Origin: Pseudomonadales bacterium
GTDB taxonomy: Bacteria; Pseudomonadota; Gammaproteobacteria; Pseudomonadales; CAWVSB01
Direction of reading: 5' to 3'
NCBI GenBank assembly: GCA_046710535.1
Contig: JBKEHH010000011.1
Location: 30,974-94,973, forward strand
Length of the DNA: 64,000 bases
Below the pieces are notes generated by a model, which was not told the origin of the DNA, made no database searches, and saw only the letters and a list, made by a program, of their open reading frames with translations. Made by a program: the position numbers and the translations under genes. This document shows positions 1 to 10,429 of the stretch, in pieces; positions within the stretch are counted from its first letter, which is position 1, and the number at the start of each line of letters is the position of its first letter.

Positions 1-484
1 TTACTGAATAGCTGTCTGCGTCGTGTAGATAGACGATAGCTATCGTAGAGGCGATGGATATTAGTGCAGTGATCAGTAATACCGATCTTCCTAGAATAAG
101 TAAGGCTAGCATTGGTAGCAGTAATAAAAAATAAGTAGGGTAGTTAATCGCGATTACATGAGTAAATGCTGGAATCGCGAAGGCTAAGTAAATAGTGATA
201 GATATTATTGCCCCTGCTATTGGCAATGATGCGGTTTTTAAGTAGATAAAATTAACCGCAATGGCGAGTGCTAGCAATACTAGCGGGACCGCGCCGTTGA
301 GTTGCAACATACTATCAATATTTAAAAATAGATAAACTGCACTGCCAATGAACAGTAGCATAGTAGAAATATCTAGTAGCTTTACAAATAATCGATGGCG
401 AATAACAAGGTAGTCATTGTCGGCAGGAATGCTGGCAATGATGTGAGCCCGACTATCAAAAAAACGCCTTGCAAGCTTGATCAT
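1..484 (-). CDS. integral membrane protein, N-terminal part (ORF continues past the left window edge)
   Basis: Not in the ORF track. My own reverse-strand translation from the ATG (complement of cat 482-484) reads MIKLARRFFDSRAHIIASIPADNDYLVIRHRLFVKLLDISTMLLFIGSAVYLF... It is open for 161 codons to position 1, with several helix-length hydrophobic segments. Function unknown. Confidence 0.5.
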   Translation of the reverse strand, partial: MIKLARRFFDSRAHIIASIPADNDYLVIRHRLFVKLLDISTMLLFIGSAVYLFLNIDSMLQLNGAVPLVLLALAIAVNFIYLKTASLPIAGAIISITIYLAFAIPAFTHVIAINYPTYFLLLLPMLALLILGRSVLLITALISIASTIAIVYLHDADSYSV

Positions 485-599
485 TTGTTCGTTGCTCCCC
501 GCTTACAGCTGGTGATGAGCGGCTGTTATTCTAGTTATATCTTCTGTTAACTAGTGCTTGTGCTAATACGCTGGGGTATTAATGTCGGTTTTATCTTAT

Positions 600-1031
600 T
601 CAAGCTTTATGCATTTCTACCACGGTATTTGCGCCGTTTGAAAACTCAGCGATCTCCACATTTCTGCCATCCGGATCGGGTATAAACATCATGGTCACGC
701 CTTCAACTGCAAACGGCTGCGGAGGATTAAGTCCAGCGGCTTTGAGTGCAGAGTAGCTTGCTTGGATGTCATCAACCGAGAACGCCATCATCGCAGTGTC
801 ACTACTGCCATCAATTTTTACTGTACCACCTTCGGGATCATGAAGTTCGACAAACTCAATGGCGCCATTATCTGCTGTTTTGCAGCCAACGGCTCGGCCA
901 ATGCCACCCGGTAACTCAATATCAAAAATCACCGTAAGACCCAATGTGTCACGATAAAATTGTAAGGTTTTTTCAATATCAGTGACGCGAGTAGAAACGT
1001 GTGAAAAGTTATTTACTGTAATAATCGACAT
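600..1031 (-). CDS. VOC (glyoxalase/bleomycin-resistance/dioxygenase) family protein
   Basis: 143 aa. N-terminus NNFSHVSTRVTDIEKTLQFYRDTLGL is typical of VOC-fold proteins. Confidence 0.8.
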   Translation of the reverse strand: MSIITVNNFSHVSTRVTDIEKTLQFYRDTLGLTVIFDIELPGGIGRAVGCKTADNGAIEFVELHDPEGGTVKIDGSSDTAMMAFSVDDIQASYSALKAAGLNPPQPFAVEGVTMMFIPDPDGRNVEIAEFSNGANTVVEMHKA

Positions 1032-1050
1032 AAGGCCTCTGCTAGTAACT

Positions 1051-1842
1051 TTACTTGCCAGTAAAGCTTGGTTTACGTTTTGCTAAAAATGCTGCGATGC
1101 CTTCTTTGCCGTCGCTAGTTGCGGCCATGTTTGCAATGCCATCTGTTTCTAGTTGCAGTTGAGTTTCGTAACCGTTTTGAAAGCTACTCATTAAAAGGTT
1201 TTTCACTTGTCCATAGGCGGCGCTTGGTCCTTTAGCTAACTGCGTAGCAAGCTCGTTTGCTCGCATCATAACATCGTCAGATGGAACAACTTCACTGACC
1301 AAGCCCCAGTCCAAGGCTTCGGCCGCATTGAGTACACGATTAGTAATCATCAACTCCATGGCTTTGCGCATGCCTACTAATCTTGGCAGTACATAGGTGC
1401 TTGATCCATCTGGCGATAAGCCTGCGCCGGTGTAGGCGAGGGTGTATTTAGCAGTGTCAGCACTGATGGCAAAGTCGCCGGCAATAGCGAGGCTGAAACC
1501 TGCGCCAGCGGCGGTGCCGTTAATGGCGGTAATTACTGGCTTATTCATACGGGCAAAATTAGAAGTAGCGCTATGTAGTGCCGATGTGATCGTTCTTAGG
1601 CCGTCAGAAATTTTGTCGCCATATGCAGCAAAGCTCGCTAAGTCGCCACCGGCAGAAAACATTTTGCCGTTACCGGTAATGATCACAGCGCGAATTGAGT
1701 CGTCACTGTAGAGCTTGATGGAGGCATCATTCAACTCTTGTGCCAAAGGGATATTAATACTATTGGCTGAATTTGGGCGATTTAAAGTAATCGTGGCAAC
1801 ACTATTGTTCACTTCGTATTGAATATTTTCGTAATCAGACAT
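1051..1842 (-). CDS. enoyl-CoA hydratase/isomerase (crotonase) family protein
   Basis: 263 aa. Crotonase motifs ITLNRPNSANS and GNGKMFSAGGDL, with a second oxyanion-hole segment AINGTAAGAG. Confidence 0.85.
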   Translation of the reverse strand: MSDYENIQYEVNNSVATITLNRPNSANSINIPLAQELNDASIKLYSDDSIRAVIITGNGKMFSAGGDLASFAAYGDKISDGLRTITSALHSATSNFARMNKPVITAINGTAAGAGFSLAIAGDFAISADTAKYTLAYTGAGLSPDGSSTYVLPRLVGMRKAMELMITNRVLNAAEALDWGLVSEVVPSDDVMMRANELATQLAKGPSAAYGQVKNLLMSSFQNGYETQLQLETDGIANMAATSDGKEGIAAFLAKRKPSFTGK

Positions 1843-2012
1843 GATGCTCTCGGGTAAATGCTTGGTAGCAGAATAGAATAAGTAATAATTGAATAATACC
1901 TAATGTAGATGCAATCAGTCTAGCGGGTCAAATCAGCTAGTTACCTAAGTGGCTATTTACTGGGGTAGGCGGGTGCAAGTATCATAGCGTCCTAATTTTT
2001 AGTAGGTAGTGC

Positions 2013-3029
2013 ATGGGTATGAGTAAACAGCGAGTTTTAACCGGTATCACCACCACCGGTACGCCCCACTTAGGTAATTACGTTGGTGCGATACGGCCAG
2101 CAATTGCCGCTAGTAAGGAAAGTGATAACGAGAGCTTCTTTTTTTTGGCAGATTACCATGCCTTAATTAAAAGCACTGACCCTAAGCTGGTGCGGCAATC
2201 GACTAAAGAAATTGCGGCTACTTGGCTAGCTTTGGGGCTGGATACTGATCAAGCTGTGTTCTATCGCCAGTCTGATGTGCCCGAAATTACTGAACTTTGC
2301 TGGATGCTAACTTGTGTTGCTGGCAAGGGTTTAATGAACCGCTCTCATGCCTATAAAGCGGCGGTAGATGCAAATCAGGACAAAGGTGATGACCCTGATT
2401 TTGGTGTAACAATGGGCTTATTCAGTTATCCCATTTTGATGACAGCTGATATTCTGATGTTCAATGCCCATAAAATTCCGGTAGGTAAAGATCAACTCCA
2501 GCATTTAGAAATGGCCCGAAATATCGCCCAGCGTTTCAACCATATTTATGGCCCGCACTTTGTCTTACCTGAGGCTGTAGTGGGTAATGATGAGTCAGTA
2601 TTAGTAGGTTTGGATGGCCGTAAAATGAGTAAAAGCTACGGCAATACCATTCCGCTGTTCTCTACTGAGAAAAAATTACAAAAGTCGATTAATAAAGTAC
2701 TGACAAATTTGTTAGAGCCAGGCGAGGCTAAAGATACCTCTGATTCGGCGGTGTTTCAGCTGTGGCAGGCTTTTGCCAGCGAGGACCAAGTTACTTATAT
2801 GCGGGACCAGTTTGCCGCGGGTATTGCTTGGGGCCAAGCTAAGAAAGAGCTATTTGCGTTAATCAATGAAGAAATTAAAGATGCTCGTGAGCGTTATAAT
2901 GAGCTAATGGAAGATGGCGCCAAAATGGAAGACATTCTGCAAACTGGCGCGGTAAAAGCGCGTAAGCAAGCCAAACCTTTGATGGCAAAAATTCGTGAGT
3001 CTGTTGGCATTGGCAGTCTTGCGCCTTAG
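2013..3029 (+). CDS. trpS: tryptophan--tRNA ligase
   Basis: 338 aa class I aaRS. HIGH-type motif TPHLGNY and KMSKS motif ([10 protein letters not shown]). Size and layout fit TrpRS. Start may be the second ATG at 2019. Confidence 0.9.
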   Translation: MGMSKQRVLTGITTTGTPHLGNYVGAIRPAIAASKESDNESFFFLADYHALIKSTDPKLVRQSTKEIAATWLALGLDTDQAVFYRQSDVPEITELCWMLTCVAGKGLMNRSHAYKAAVDANQDKGDDPDFGVTMGLFSYPILMTADILMFNAHKIPVGKDQLQHLEMARNIAQRFNHIYGPHFVLPEAVVGNDESVLVGLDGRKMSKSYGNTIPLFSTEKKLQKSINKVLTNLLEPGEAKDTSDSAVFQLWQAFASEDQVTYMRDQFAAGIAWGQAKKELFALINEEIKDARERYNELMEDGAKMEDILQTGAVKARKQAKPLMAKIRESVGIGSLAP

Positions 3030-3134
3030 TTTCTAATTGATAGCCAGGCGTTAAACAATTAAGGGATAGTAAGTTGAATTTGCTTAGTCGATAGGCGTTA
3101 ATCCTTCCATCAAAATGATAACTAAAACTTTTAT

Positions 3135-3923
3135 ATGGGTGGTTTAATGACAAGAGTAGCAGGCAAGGTCGCGATAGTAACAGGGGCAGGTAGTGGCATG
3201 GGTAGAGCCGATGCTATTCTGTTAGCAGAGCAAGGCGCTAAAGTTGTTGTTACTGATCTAAATTTAGCTAGCGTGGAAGAAACCGCTGGAATGATTGGCG
3301 ATGCGGCCTTGGCAATTGTTCATAATGTGGGCAAAGAAGCTGACTGGGAAACAGTTATCGCCAAAACCGTTGCGCACTTCGGGCGCTTAGATATCTTGGT
3401 TAATAATGCTGGTGCAATGAAAATGGGTAGCGTTGTTGATACTACTCTTGAAGACTGGCACTTTGTTAATTCGGTTAATAGTGACGGTGTATTTTTAGGT
3501 TGTAAACACGCGATACCGGCAATGGAACAATGCGGAAATGGCGGCTCAATTATTAACATGTCATCGGTTGCAGCGCTGCATGGTATGAGTTTTGTAGCCG
3601 CTTATTCGGCTTCAAAGGGCGCGGTAATGGCCTTAACTAAATCTGTTGCTATGTATTGTCGTGAAAATAATAACGGTATTCGCTGCAACTCAATTCATCC
3701 TGATGGCGTCAAAACACCGATGGTTGTGAAAGTATTTACTGGCCAAGATAGCGCTACGCGTGAAGAAATTGAGGCGATGCAGATTCCATCCATGCCTATG
3801 GCTGAACCGGAAGACATTGCTAATTTGGTGCTGTATTTAGCCAGCGACGAGTCGCGTTTTATGAATGGCTCTGAAATGGTAATTGATAACGCTGCCACTA
3901 TCACGCCCCCCGCTATTGTTTAA
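3135..3923 (+). CDS. SDR family oxidoreductase
   Basis: TGAGSGMG cofactor motif, NNAG, catalytic YSASK. 262 aa. Confidence 0.85.
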   Translation: MGGLMTRVAGKVAIVTGAGSGMGRADAILLAEQGAKVVVTDLNLASVEETAGMIGDAALAIVHNVGKEADWETVIAKTVAHFGRLDILVNNAGAMKMGSVVDTTLEDWHFVNSVNSDGVFLGCKHAIPAMEQCGNGGSIINMSSVAALHGMSFVAAYSASKGAVMALTKSVAMYCRENNNGIRCNSIHPDGVKTPMVVKVFTGQDSATREEIEAMQIPSMPMAEPEDIANLVLYLASDESRFMNGSEMVIDNAATITPPAIV

Positions 3924-3935
3924 TCGGAGCTCCTT

Positions 3936-4868
3936 ATGCCTTTAGATCCTACTGCAAAATCGTTATTGGATGTGATTAATTCATTGGATACCGCTCCGAT
4001 GGCTGAAAAGACGCCACAAATGATGCGCGGCGAGATGAAATTACCAGCCGATGAAAATCCTGTCGCAATGGCTCAGGTTGAGGATGTAGTGATTGCAGGC
4101 AGTGCTTCGTCTATCGATGCTAGGGTTTATGTGCCTCATAGTAATGTTGATCAGTTGCCACTTTGCCTGTTTTATCATGGTGGCGGTTTTGTGGTTGGCG
4201 ATTTGGCTGACTATGACAGTTGGTGTCGCCGCGTCGCAGATAAAACAGGCGCTATTATTATTTCAGTTAACTATGCCTTGGCGCCTGAATATAAATTTCC
4301 GCAAGGCCCCGATGATTGTTATCAAGCGCTATTATGGGCTGAGTCCAATGCAGTTAATTATGGTGGCGATAAACGAAAAATAGCCGTAATGGGCGATAGT
4401 GCTGGCGGCTGCATGGCGGCGGTTGTCTGTCAGCGGGCCTTAGCCGAACAAGGCCCAGCTATTTGTCATCAAGTATTAATTTATCCGGTAACAGATTTTA
4501 ATTTTGACACTATGTCGTATATTAATAACGCTGAGGGATATTTTTTAACTCGTGAGCTAATGCAGTGGTTTTGGAATCACTATTTGGAAAACACTGAGCA
4601 AGGTGCTTTGTCGTATGCATCCCCCATTCGAAGTGAAAGCTTAAGTGGTTTGCCTAGTGCAACGGTGATTACGGCTGAATATGATCCTTTGTTAGATGAA
4701 GGAAAAAATTATTCTGACAAGCTATGCGCCCATGGAGTTAGTACCACCTACCGTCTGTGTAAAGGTATGTTTCATGGCTTTGTTAGTTTTATTAATATGT
4801 TGGAACAGGCAGATCAGTCGATAGATTTTATTGCCAGCCAGTTGCAACAGTCATTTAGCGAGGCTTAG
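3936..4868 (+). CDS. alpha/beta hydrolase, hormone-sensitive-lipase-type esterase/lipase
   Basis: HGGGF oxyanion motif (FYHGGGFVVG) and nucleophile elbow GDSAGG. 310 aa. Confidence 0.85.
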   Translation: MPLDPTAKSLLDVINSLDTAPMAEKTPQMMRGEMKLPADENPVAMAQVEDVVIAGSASSIDARVYVPHSNVDQLPLCLFYHGGGFVVGDLADYDSWCRRVADKTGAIIISVNYALAPEYKFPQGPDDCYQALLWAESNAVNYGGDKRKIAVMGDSAGGCMAAVVCQRALAEQGPAICHQVLIYPVTDFNFDTMSYINNAEGYFLTRELMQWFWNHYLENTEQGALSYASPIRSESLSGLPSATVITAEYDPLLDEGKNYSDKLCAHGVSTTYRLCKGMFHGFVSFINMLEQADQSIDFIASQLQQSFSEA

Positions 4869-4876
4869 TAAGCGCT

Positions 4877-5641
4877 ATGGGTCTTTATGCCTTAACGGGT
4901 GGTGCTACTGGCATTGGGGCGGCTATTAAACAGCAGCTAATTGACCAAGGGCATCAGCTTATTGTTGTTGATATAAAAGATGCTGATATTATCGCAGACC
5001 TTGCTACTGCTGCTGGCAGAGGTAAGGCTATTGCGGCGATAAAGGCCGCTGCACCAGATGGTCTTGATGGTTTTGTACCCTGCGCGGGCATAGCGCCAGT
5101 TGTTACCCCTCCATCGCTTATCGTCAGCGTAAACTTTTTTGGTGCCATAAATTTGGTCGAAGGCTTGAAGCCATTGCTGGTAAAACGCTCAGGCTCGGTA
5201 GTGTTGGTGTCGTCTAGCTCGGCTCCCATGGGCTCAGATGAGCAAACAGTTGATGCCATGCTTGAGGGTGATGAAAGTGCAGCGTGTAAAAGGGCCGATG
5301 AAGTTGCTATAGGCCAAAGTGCCTACGGAGCATCAAAGCTAGCGTTGGCGCGCTGGATGCGCAGAAATACGGCTGAATATGCGCAAGCAGGAATACGAAT
5401 AAATGCCGTTGCGCCAGGCGTTATTCAAACGCCAATGACTGATCAAGTTGCAGCTGATCCAGAATATGGTCAGCTAATTAAAGATTTTGCAGCTTCTATC
5501 CCAGTTGGTCGCTCAGGAACGCCACAGGATATTGCTAATGCTGTGTGCTTTATGTTGAGCGACAAAGCATCATTTATGGCGGGGTCTGTTATGTTCGTAG
5601 ATGGCGGCCATGATGCAATGCTGCGTTCAGACCAGTTTTAA
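4877..5641 (+). CDS. SDR family oxidoreductase, 3-alpha-hydroxysteroid dehydrogenase/carbonyl reductase-like
   Basis: GGATGIG N-terminus, DIKDADIIADLATAAGR segment and YGASK active site. From memory these resemble the Comamonas-type 3-alpha-HSD/CR SDR subgroup. Confidence 0.7.
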   Translation: MGLYALTGGATGIGAAIKQQLIDQGHQLIVVDIKDADIIADLATAAGRGKAIAAIKAAAPDGLDGFVPCAGIAPVVTPPSLIVSVNFFGAINLVEGLKPLLVKRSGSVVLVSSSSAPMGSDEQTVDAMLEGDESAACKRADEVAIGQSAYGASKLALARWMRRNTAEYAQAGIRINAVAPGVIQTPMTDQVAADPEYGQLIKDFAASIPVGRSGTPQDIANAVCFMLSDKASFMAGSVMFVDGGHDAMLRSDQF

Positions 5642-5649
5642 GACGTGAT

Positions 5650-6165
5650 TCAATATTCGTCGTAATACATAAACGGGCCGCTGTTAAGGTAAGGTTCCAT
5701 TGTCTTGGCAGCGTTATCATAAATTACCTGTATATCGATTGGCGCGTTGCCAGCAGCACGGCGCGACAGCATCGTTACCGGGAATAAAAAATGCTGTGTT
5801 TCACGATATTGCAGGGCTTTGCTGCGGCCCAGCTTGTCTTCATAGATAACCCAGTGCAGGCCCAGCTCTTTGGCCATTATGTCACCTAGTGCCACCCCCA
5901 TAGCTTGCATCATCTCAGCGTCTTTTTTATTGACAAAGTGCTGGTCTAATAGGCGCTGCATGTTTGCGATGTCGGTTAAGTCGGCCCGCAAATTAGATCC
6001 CGTATTAAGCTTTAGTAGATCGTCTACCTTAGCTTTCTGAGCATTCATAGCATTGGTGTGCAGTGGCCATAAACTTTCAAGTTTGTATTTGTCTTCGCTT
6101 TGCACAGTATTACTGGCAAATAACACGCATAAAATAGTGGCGATAAAACTGTTTTTTAGCGGCAC
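5650..6165 (-). CDS. secreted hypothetical protein
   Basis: 171 aa. GTG start preceded by a strong SD (AGGAGG, complement of 6172-6179). N-terminal signal peptide IATILCVLFASNTVQS. No catalytic motif recognised. Confidence 0.7.
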   Translation of the reverse strand: MPLKNSFIATILCVLFASNTVQSEDKYKLESLWPLHTNAMNAQKAKVDDLLKLNTGSNLRADLTDIANMQRLLDQHFVNKKDAEMMQAMGVALGDIMAKELGLHWVIYEDKLGRSKALQYRETQHFLFPVTMLSRRAAGNAPIDIQVIYDNAAKTMEPYLNSGPFMYYDEY

Positions 6166-6371
6166 AGTTATCCTCCTTTGCTCGGTTGTCTCTTATAGTT
6201 TACTAGGACTGTTTTTATTAGACCGTTAGTATACTAAAAATATCCCTGTGATAGCCTTAATAATCAATAGATATAGGCATTTACTAATATATTGATGGGC
6301 GGGTGTTTTGCTTGTGCTGAGTACAGTGCGCTAGTAATATATCGGCCTTTTCTACGCGACGGAGTCAGGGC

Positions 6372-7253
6372 ATGATAAAGGGCAGTATGGTAGCCTTGGT
6401 AACACCAATGGAAAGCACCGGAGCAATAGACTGGCAGGCTTTGTCGCGGCTAGTAGAATGGCATGTTCAATCTGGTACAGCAGCAATAGTTGCAGTTGGT
6501 ACTAGCGGCGAGTCGGCGACTTTAGGTGTTCCCGAGCATTGTGCGGTAATAACAGCAGTCGTTGAAAAAGTTGCGGGGCGCATACCGGTTATTGCGGGCA
6601 CTGGCGCCAATTCTACCGCCGAGGCAATTATTCTAACCAGAGCGGCTAAAGATGCTGGCGCCGATGCGGCTTTATTAGTTACCCCTTATTACAACAAACC
6701 TACTCAAGAAGGCTTGTATCTGCATCATAAAGCGATAGCAGAAGCAGTAGCTATAGATCAGATTTTATATAATGTTCCTGGTCGCACCGCCTGCGATATG
6801 CAACCTGAAACAGCGGTGCGCTTGTCCCAGATTAGCAATATTATTGGCATCAAAGAGGCTACCGGTGATCTAAGCAGAATAGATATGTTGGTTAATCAAA
6901 CACCAGAAGATTTTGCTTTGTATTCTGGCGATGATGCAACGGCGATGGACTTTATTTTGGCAGGTGGTCACGGTGATATATCAGTGACAGCGAATGTCGC
7001 TCCCAAAGAAATGGCTGAAATGTGTGCTTTGGCTATAGCCGGCGACCGCGCTGGGGCAGAGGCGATAAATAAGCCTCTATTGTTATTGCACGACAGGTTA
7101 TTTTTAGAGTCTAACCCAATACCAGCTAAATGGGCTTTGGCTGAAATGGGTATGATTGATTATGGTATTCGTCTACCGCTAACCATATTAGACACGCAGT
7201 ATCACTTGCCAGTGCGCGAAGCATTGCAGCAAGCGGGCATTTCGCTTAAATAA
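6372..7253 (+). CDS. dapA: 4-hydroxy-tetrahydrodipicolinate synthase
   Basis: N-terminus GSMVALVTPM, GTSGES and YNVPGRT motifs. 293 aa. Followed by bamC as in E. coli. Confidence 0.95.
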   Translation: MIKGSMVALVTPMESTGAIDWQALSRLVEWHVQSGTAAIVAVGTSGESATLGVPEHCAVITAVVEKVAGRIPVIAGTGANSTAEAIILTRAAKDAGADAALLVTPYYNKPTQEGLYLHHKAIAEAVAIDQILYNVPGRTACDMQPETAVRLSQISNIIGIKEATGDLSRIDMLVNQTPEDFALYSGDDATAMDFILAGGHGDISVTANVAPKEMAEMCALAIAGDRAGAEAINKPLLLLHDRLFLESNPIPAKWALAEMGMIDYGIRLPLTILDTQYHLPVREALQQAGISLK

Positions 7254-7263
7254 AAGGATAAAC

Positions 7264-8316
7264 ATGGTACATAGTAAGCGTCTATTATTGGCTTTAGTAA
7301 CACCGTTGGTGTTTTCTGGTTGTGGTGTATTTGGCGGTGAGTTTTTCAGAGATCGCAGTGGCGATTATCGCAACGCCGAGTCAACACCGGCGCTAACTAT
7401 TCCACCAAACTTAGATAGCAGTTCGATCAATAGCTACTACCCTATTCCTGAAATTGGGCCAAATGCGCCATTGTCTTCTAATTTTGAAGTACCAAGACCG
7501 ATGCGTCTGGCGGGTAATAATGAAGATTCTATTAAAATTAAATCCCTTGATAATCAGCGCTGGATTTTAGCCAGTATGGCGCCGGGCCAAGTATGGCCAA
7601 GACTGCGAGATTTTTTAATTACTCGCCGTATCGGTTTGGCTAGTGAAAACGGTGCCACCGGCATCATTGAATCTAATTGGCTAACTAAGGCTGACGATGA
7701 CCCATATCGTGAGCGTTACAAAATTGCAGTAGTACAAGGCTTACAGCGTAACAGTTCAGAAATATCGGTATTACAATATCAAGAAGAGAAAGTAGGTGTA
7801 GCGGGTGCTATCAGCTGGAATGAACGCTCAGTTGATGCAGCCAGGGAAAAAATTGTACTTGATGAGTTTGCACGGTATTTAGCCGAAACCATCGATGCAA
7901 CTAGCTCGGTATCACTGAAAGCTCAAGGTATTAATACGGCTAGAAGAATGTATTTAGTGAGTGGTGAAGCGCCAATTTTGCGATTTGATTTAGCGCGTGA
8001 CAGAGGCTGGGCATCAGTTAACTTTGCTCTTGGTAAAGCTGGTTTTACGGTTAATGACATGGATTCAAGTCTGGGGGCTTTTTATGTCACCTATGGTGGG
8101 CCACAAGATGAGCTTGAAAAAGAAACCTCGTTTTGGAGTTATTTAAACCCATTTGCCTGGGGTGATGATGACGAATGGCCGCCGACTGATTATCGTATTC
8201 GAATGACTGATGGTAGTAATGATGGCTGGTTAGAGCTGCGGGTTGAAAAAGACGCCGAGCAAAACCCTAATGAATTCGAAATGATGCTTAATGAAATCAA
8301 AGGAGACATGAGCTAA
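7264..8316 (+). CDS. bamC: outer membrane protein assembly factor BamC (lipoprotein)
   Basis: Lipobox LVFSGC. 350 aa, immediately downstream of dapA. The internal segment QVWPRLRDFL...ESNWLT...YRERYKI parallels E. coli NlpB/BamC. Confidence 0.8.
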   Translation: MVHSKRLLLALVTPLVFSGCGVFGGEFFRDRSGDYRNAESTPALTIPPNLDSSSINSYYPIPEIGPNAPLSSNFEVPRPMRLAGNNEDSIKIKSLDNQRWILASMAPGQVWPRLRDFLITRRIGLASENGATGIIESNWLTKADDDPYRERYKIAVVQGLQRNSSEISVLQYQEEKVGVAGAISWNERSVDAAREKIVLDEFARYLAETIDATSSVSLKAQGINTARRMYLVSGEAPILRFDLARDRGWASVNFALGKAGFTVNDMDSSLGAFYVTYGGPQDELEKETSFWSYLNPFAWGDDDEWPPTDYRIRMTDGSNDGWLELRVEKDAEQNPNEFEMMLNEIKGDMS

Positions 8317-8320
8317 TTAC

Positions 8321-9073
8321 ATGCGTTTAGCATCTTTAGGTAGTGGCAGCAAAGGTAACGCTACCTTAGTAGAGTCTGATAACACCTGCATATTAATTGA
8401 TTGCGGCTTCTCGCTGAAGGAAACCACCAAGCGCCTAAGCCGTCTTGGGCGCAGCGTTGAAGATCTTGATGCAGTTCTGGTTACCCACGAACATTCTGAT
8501 CATATTAAAGGCGTGGCTGTCTTAGCTAAGAAGCACAAAGTACCGGTGTATATGAGTCACGGCACCGCTAGCTCACAAAAAGAACTAGCCTTTGAGGTGG
8601 AAAGAATAAATTGCCACGGCAGTTTTACGATTGGCGATATTGATGTCCATCCGGTGCCTGTTCCTCATGATGCCAGAGAGCCTTGCCAATTTGTATTTTC
8701 GCAAAATAATTTTCGGCTTGGAGTGCTGACTGATTTGGGTCATATCTCGTCTATAGTTTTCGACCAATACAAAGATTGTGACTTATTATTGGTTGAGGCT
8801 AATCACGACGTTGAGATGTTGTACCAAGGCCCTTATCCAGAGAGTTTAAAACAGCGAGTCGCCGGTGATTGGGGGCATTTATCCAATCGTCAAACGATGG
8901 ATTTTTTGCAGGCTATTAATCATGATCGCTTACAGAAAGTAGTCTTAGGTCATATTAGTGAAACCAATAATTCTACTCGCTTGGTTGAAGGCTGCTTATC
9001 TAATGTGAGTAAATTGCAAGCAGATGTCGTGTTGGCTGATCAGAATGATGGTTCCCATTGGTTATTTTTATAA
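8321..9073 (+). CDS. MBL-fold metallo-hydrolase
   Basis: HxHxDH motif (THEHSDH). 250 aa. Confidence 0.85.
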   Translation: MRLASLGSGSKGNATLVESDNTCILIDCGFSLKETTKRLSRLGRSVEDLDAVLVTHEHSDHIKGVAVLAKKHKVPVYMSHGTASSQKELAFEVERINCHGSFTIGDIDVHPVPVPHDAREPCQFVFSQNNFRLGVLTDLGHISSIVFDQYKDCDLLLVEANHDVEMLYQGPYPESLKQRVAGDWGHLSNRQTMDFLQAINHDRLQKVVLGHISETNNSTRLVEGCLSNVSKLQADVVLADQNDGSHWLFL

Positions 9074-9083
9074 TTAGCTAAGG

Positions 9084-10346
9084 ATGCTTGTTATGTCTTA
9101 CTGGTTGTTGTCTTTAGGTCTGTTGAGTTTGATTTTTACTTTGATGGCGCTCTACCCAGCGCGCAGGCTTGGTTTTTTCATGCCATTATATTTCTTCTCG
9201 TCATTGTTGCAGGGTGAATTAGCTCCTTGGCATTTGTTATTGCAAATGCCCTTAGCTTTATGGATGGCTAATAGGGGTGGGCTTGAGAGTGTATACGGTC
9301 AACTGGGCTTAGTGTTTTATGTGCTGTCTTGGCTTGGCTTGGTGCTAGTGATGATTAGAGCCAAAGGCTCTGAAAAGACATTGGAAGGTGCCTTAGTAGA
9401 AGGGCTGGGCGAAAATTACTTGGCGACTATTGATAGTACTCGTCAGCAGTTAGTTAATGCGCCGTTAAAATTAAGTCACTGGCTGATGCCGTTTAAGTTC
9501 AGCCGGAAAGGGGTTAAGTGTCAGTACAATATCGCCTATGGTGAGGCGAGCAAGCGTAATTTACTCGACGTTTATTATCCTGAAAGTGAAGCCGACAAAC
9601 TCCGACCGGTGTTGATTCAAATACACGGTGGTGCATGGATAATAGGCCATAAACAACAGCAGGCCATGCCACTTATTCACCATTTGGTTAGCCGAGGTTG
9701 GGTCTGTGTTTCGATTAACTATCGTCTTAGTCCCAAGGAAAAATTCCCGGCGCATATTATTGATGTTAAAAAAGCGATTGCTTGGACCAAAAAAAATATT
9801 GCCCAATATGGTGGTGATGCAAACTTTGTTTGTCTGACGGGTGGCAGCGCAGGTGGTCACTTGTCCTCATTAGCAGCGGTTACAGCTAACGCGGCTGAGT
9901 TTCAGCCGGGCTTTGAAGATAGCGATACGACCGTGCAAGCGGCGGTGCCATTTTATGGCGTGTATGACTGGGTCGACAAAGATGGCTGGCGGCTTGGTAC
10001 TGATATGCAAGACATGCTAATTAAATATGTGATGCCTGAAAATACCCAGCGAGGTGATGCGGTTTGGGAGCATTCCAGTCCTTTGTACCAGGCTGGCAGT
10101 CACGCTAATATTCCACCTATGTATTTAATTCACGGCGATAATGACTGCTTGGCATGGGTAGAAGATGCACGTTTTATGACGGCCAAGTTAAAACAGGTGT
10201 CTGATCAAGCTGTAGCTTATGCGGAGTTACATGGTGCTCAGCATGCGTTTGAAATTTTCCACTCATTGCGTACTGATATCACCACTAGATCTATTGTTAA
10301 GTTTTTAGAGTGGACCTATGCCAACCACCTAACCAATAATAAGTGA
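9084..10346 (+). CDS. membrane-anchored alpha/beta hydrolase (esterase)
   Basis: About 95 hydrophobic N-terminal residues (3-4 predicted TM helices), then HGGAW oxyanion motif and GGSAGGH nucleophile elbow. SD spacing favours the second ATG at 9093. Confidence 0.8.
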   Translation: MLVMSYWLLSLGLLSLIFTLMALYPARRLGFFMPLYFFSSLLQGELAPWHLLLQMPLALWMANRGGLESVYGQLGLVFYVLSWLGLVLVMIRAKGSEKTLEGALVEGLGENYLATIDSTRQQLVNAPLKLSHWLMPFKFSRKGVKCQYNIAYGEASKRNLLDVYYPESEADKLRPVLIQIHGGAWIIGHKQQQAMPLIHHLVSRGWVCVSINYRLSPKEKFPAHIIDVKKAIAWTKKNIAQYGGDANFVCLTGGSAGGHLSSLAAVTANAAEFQPGFEDSDTTVQAAVPFYGVYDWVDKDGWRLGTDMQDMLIKYVMPENTQRGDAVWEHSSPLYQAGSHANIPPMYLIHGDNDCLAWVEDARFMTAKLKQVSDQAVAYAELHGAQHAFEIFHSLRTDITTRSIVKFLEWTYANHLTNNK

Positions 10347-10429
10347 TAATCTTAAGATTACCTTAATAAATTATTAATAGTGAATGCGACTAAGACAACT
10401 TTGAATCGCTACCGCAAAGGGAATTTATA

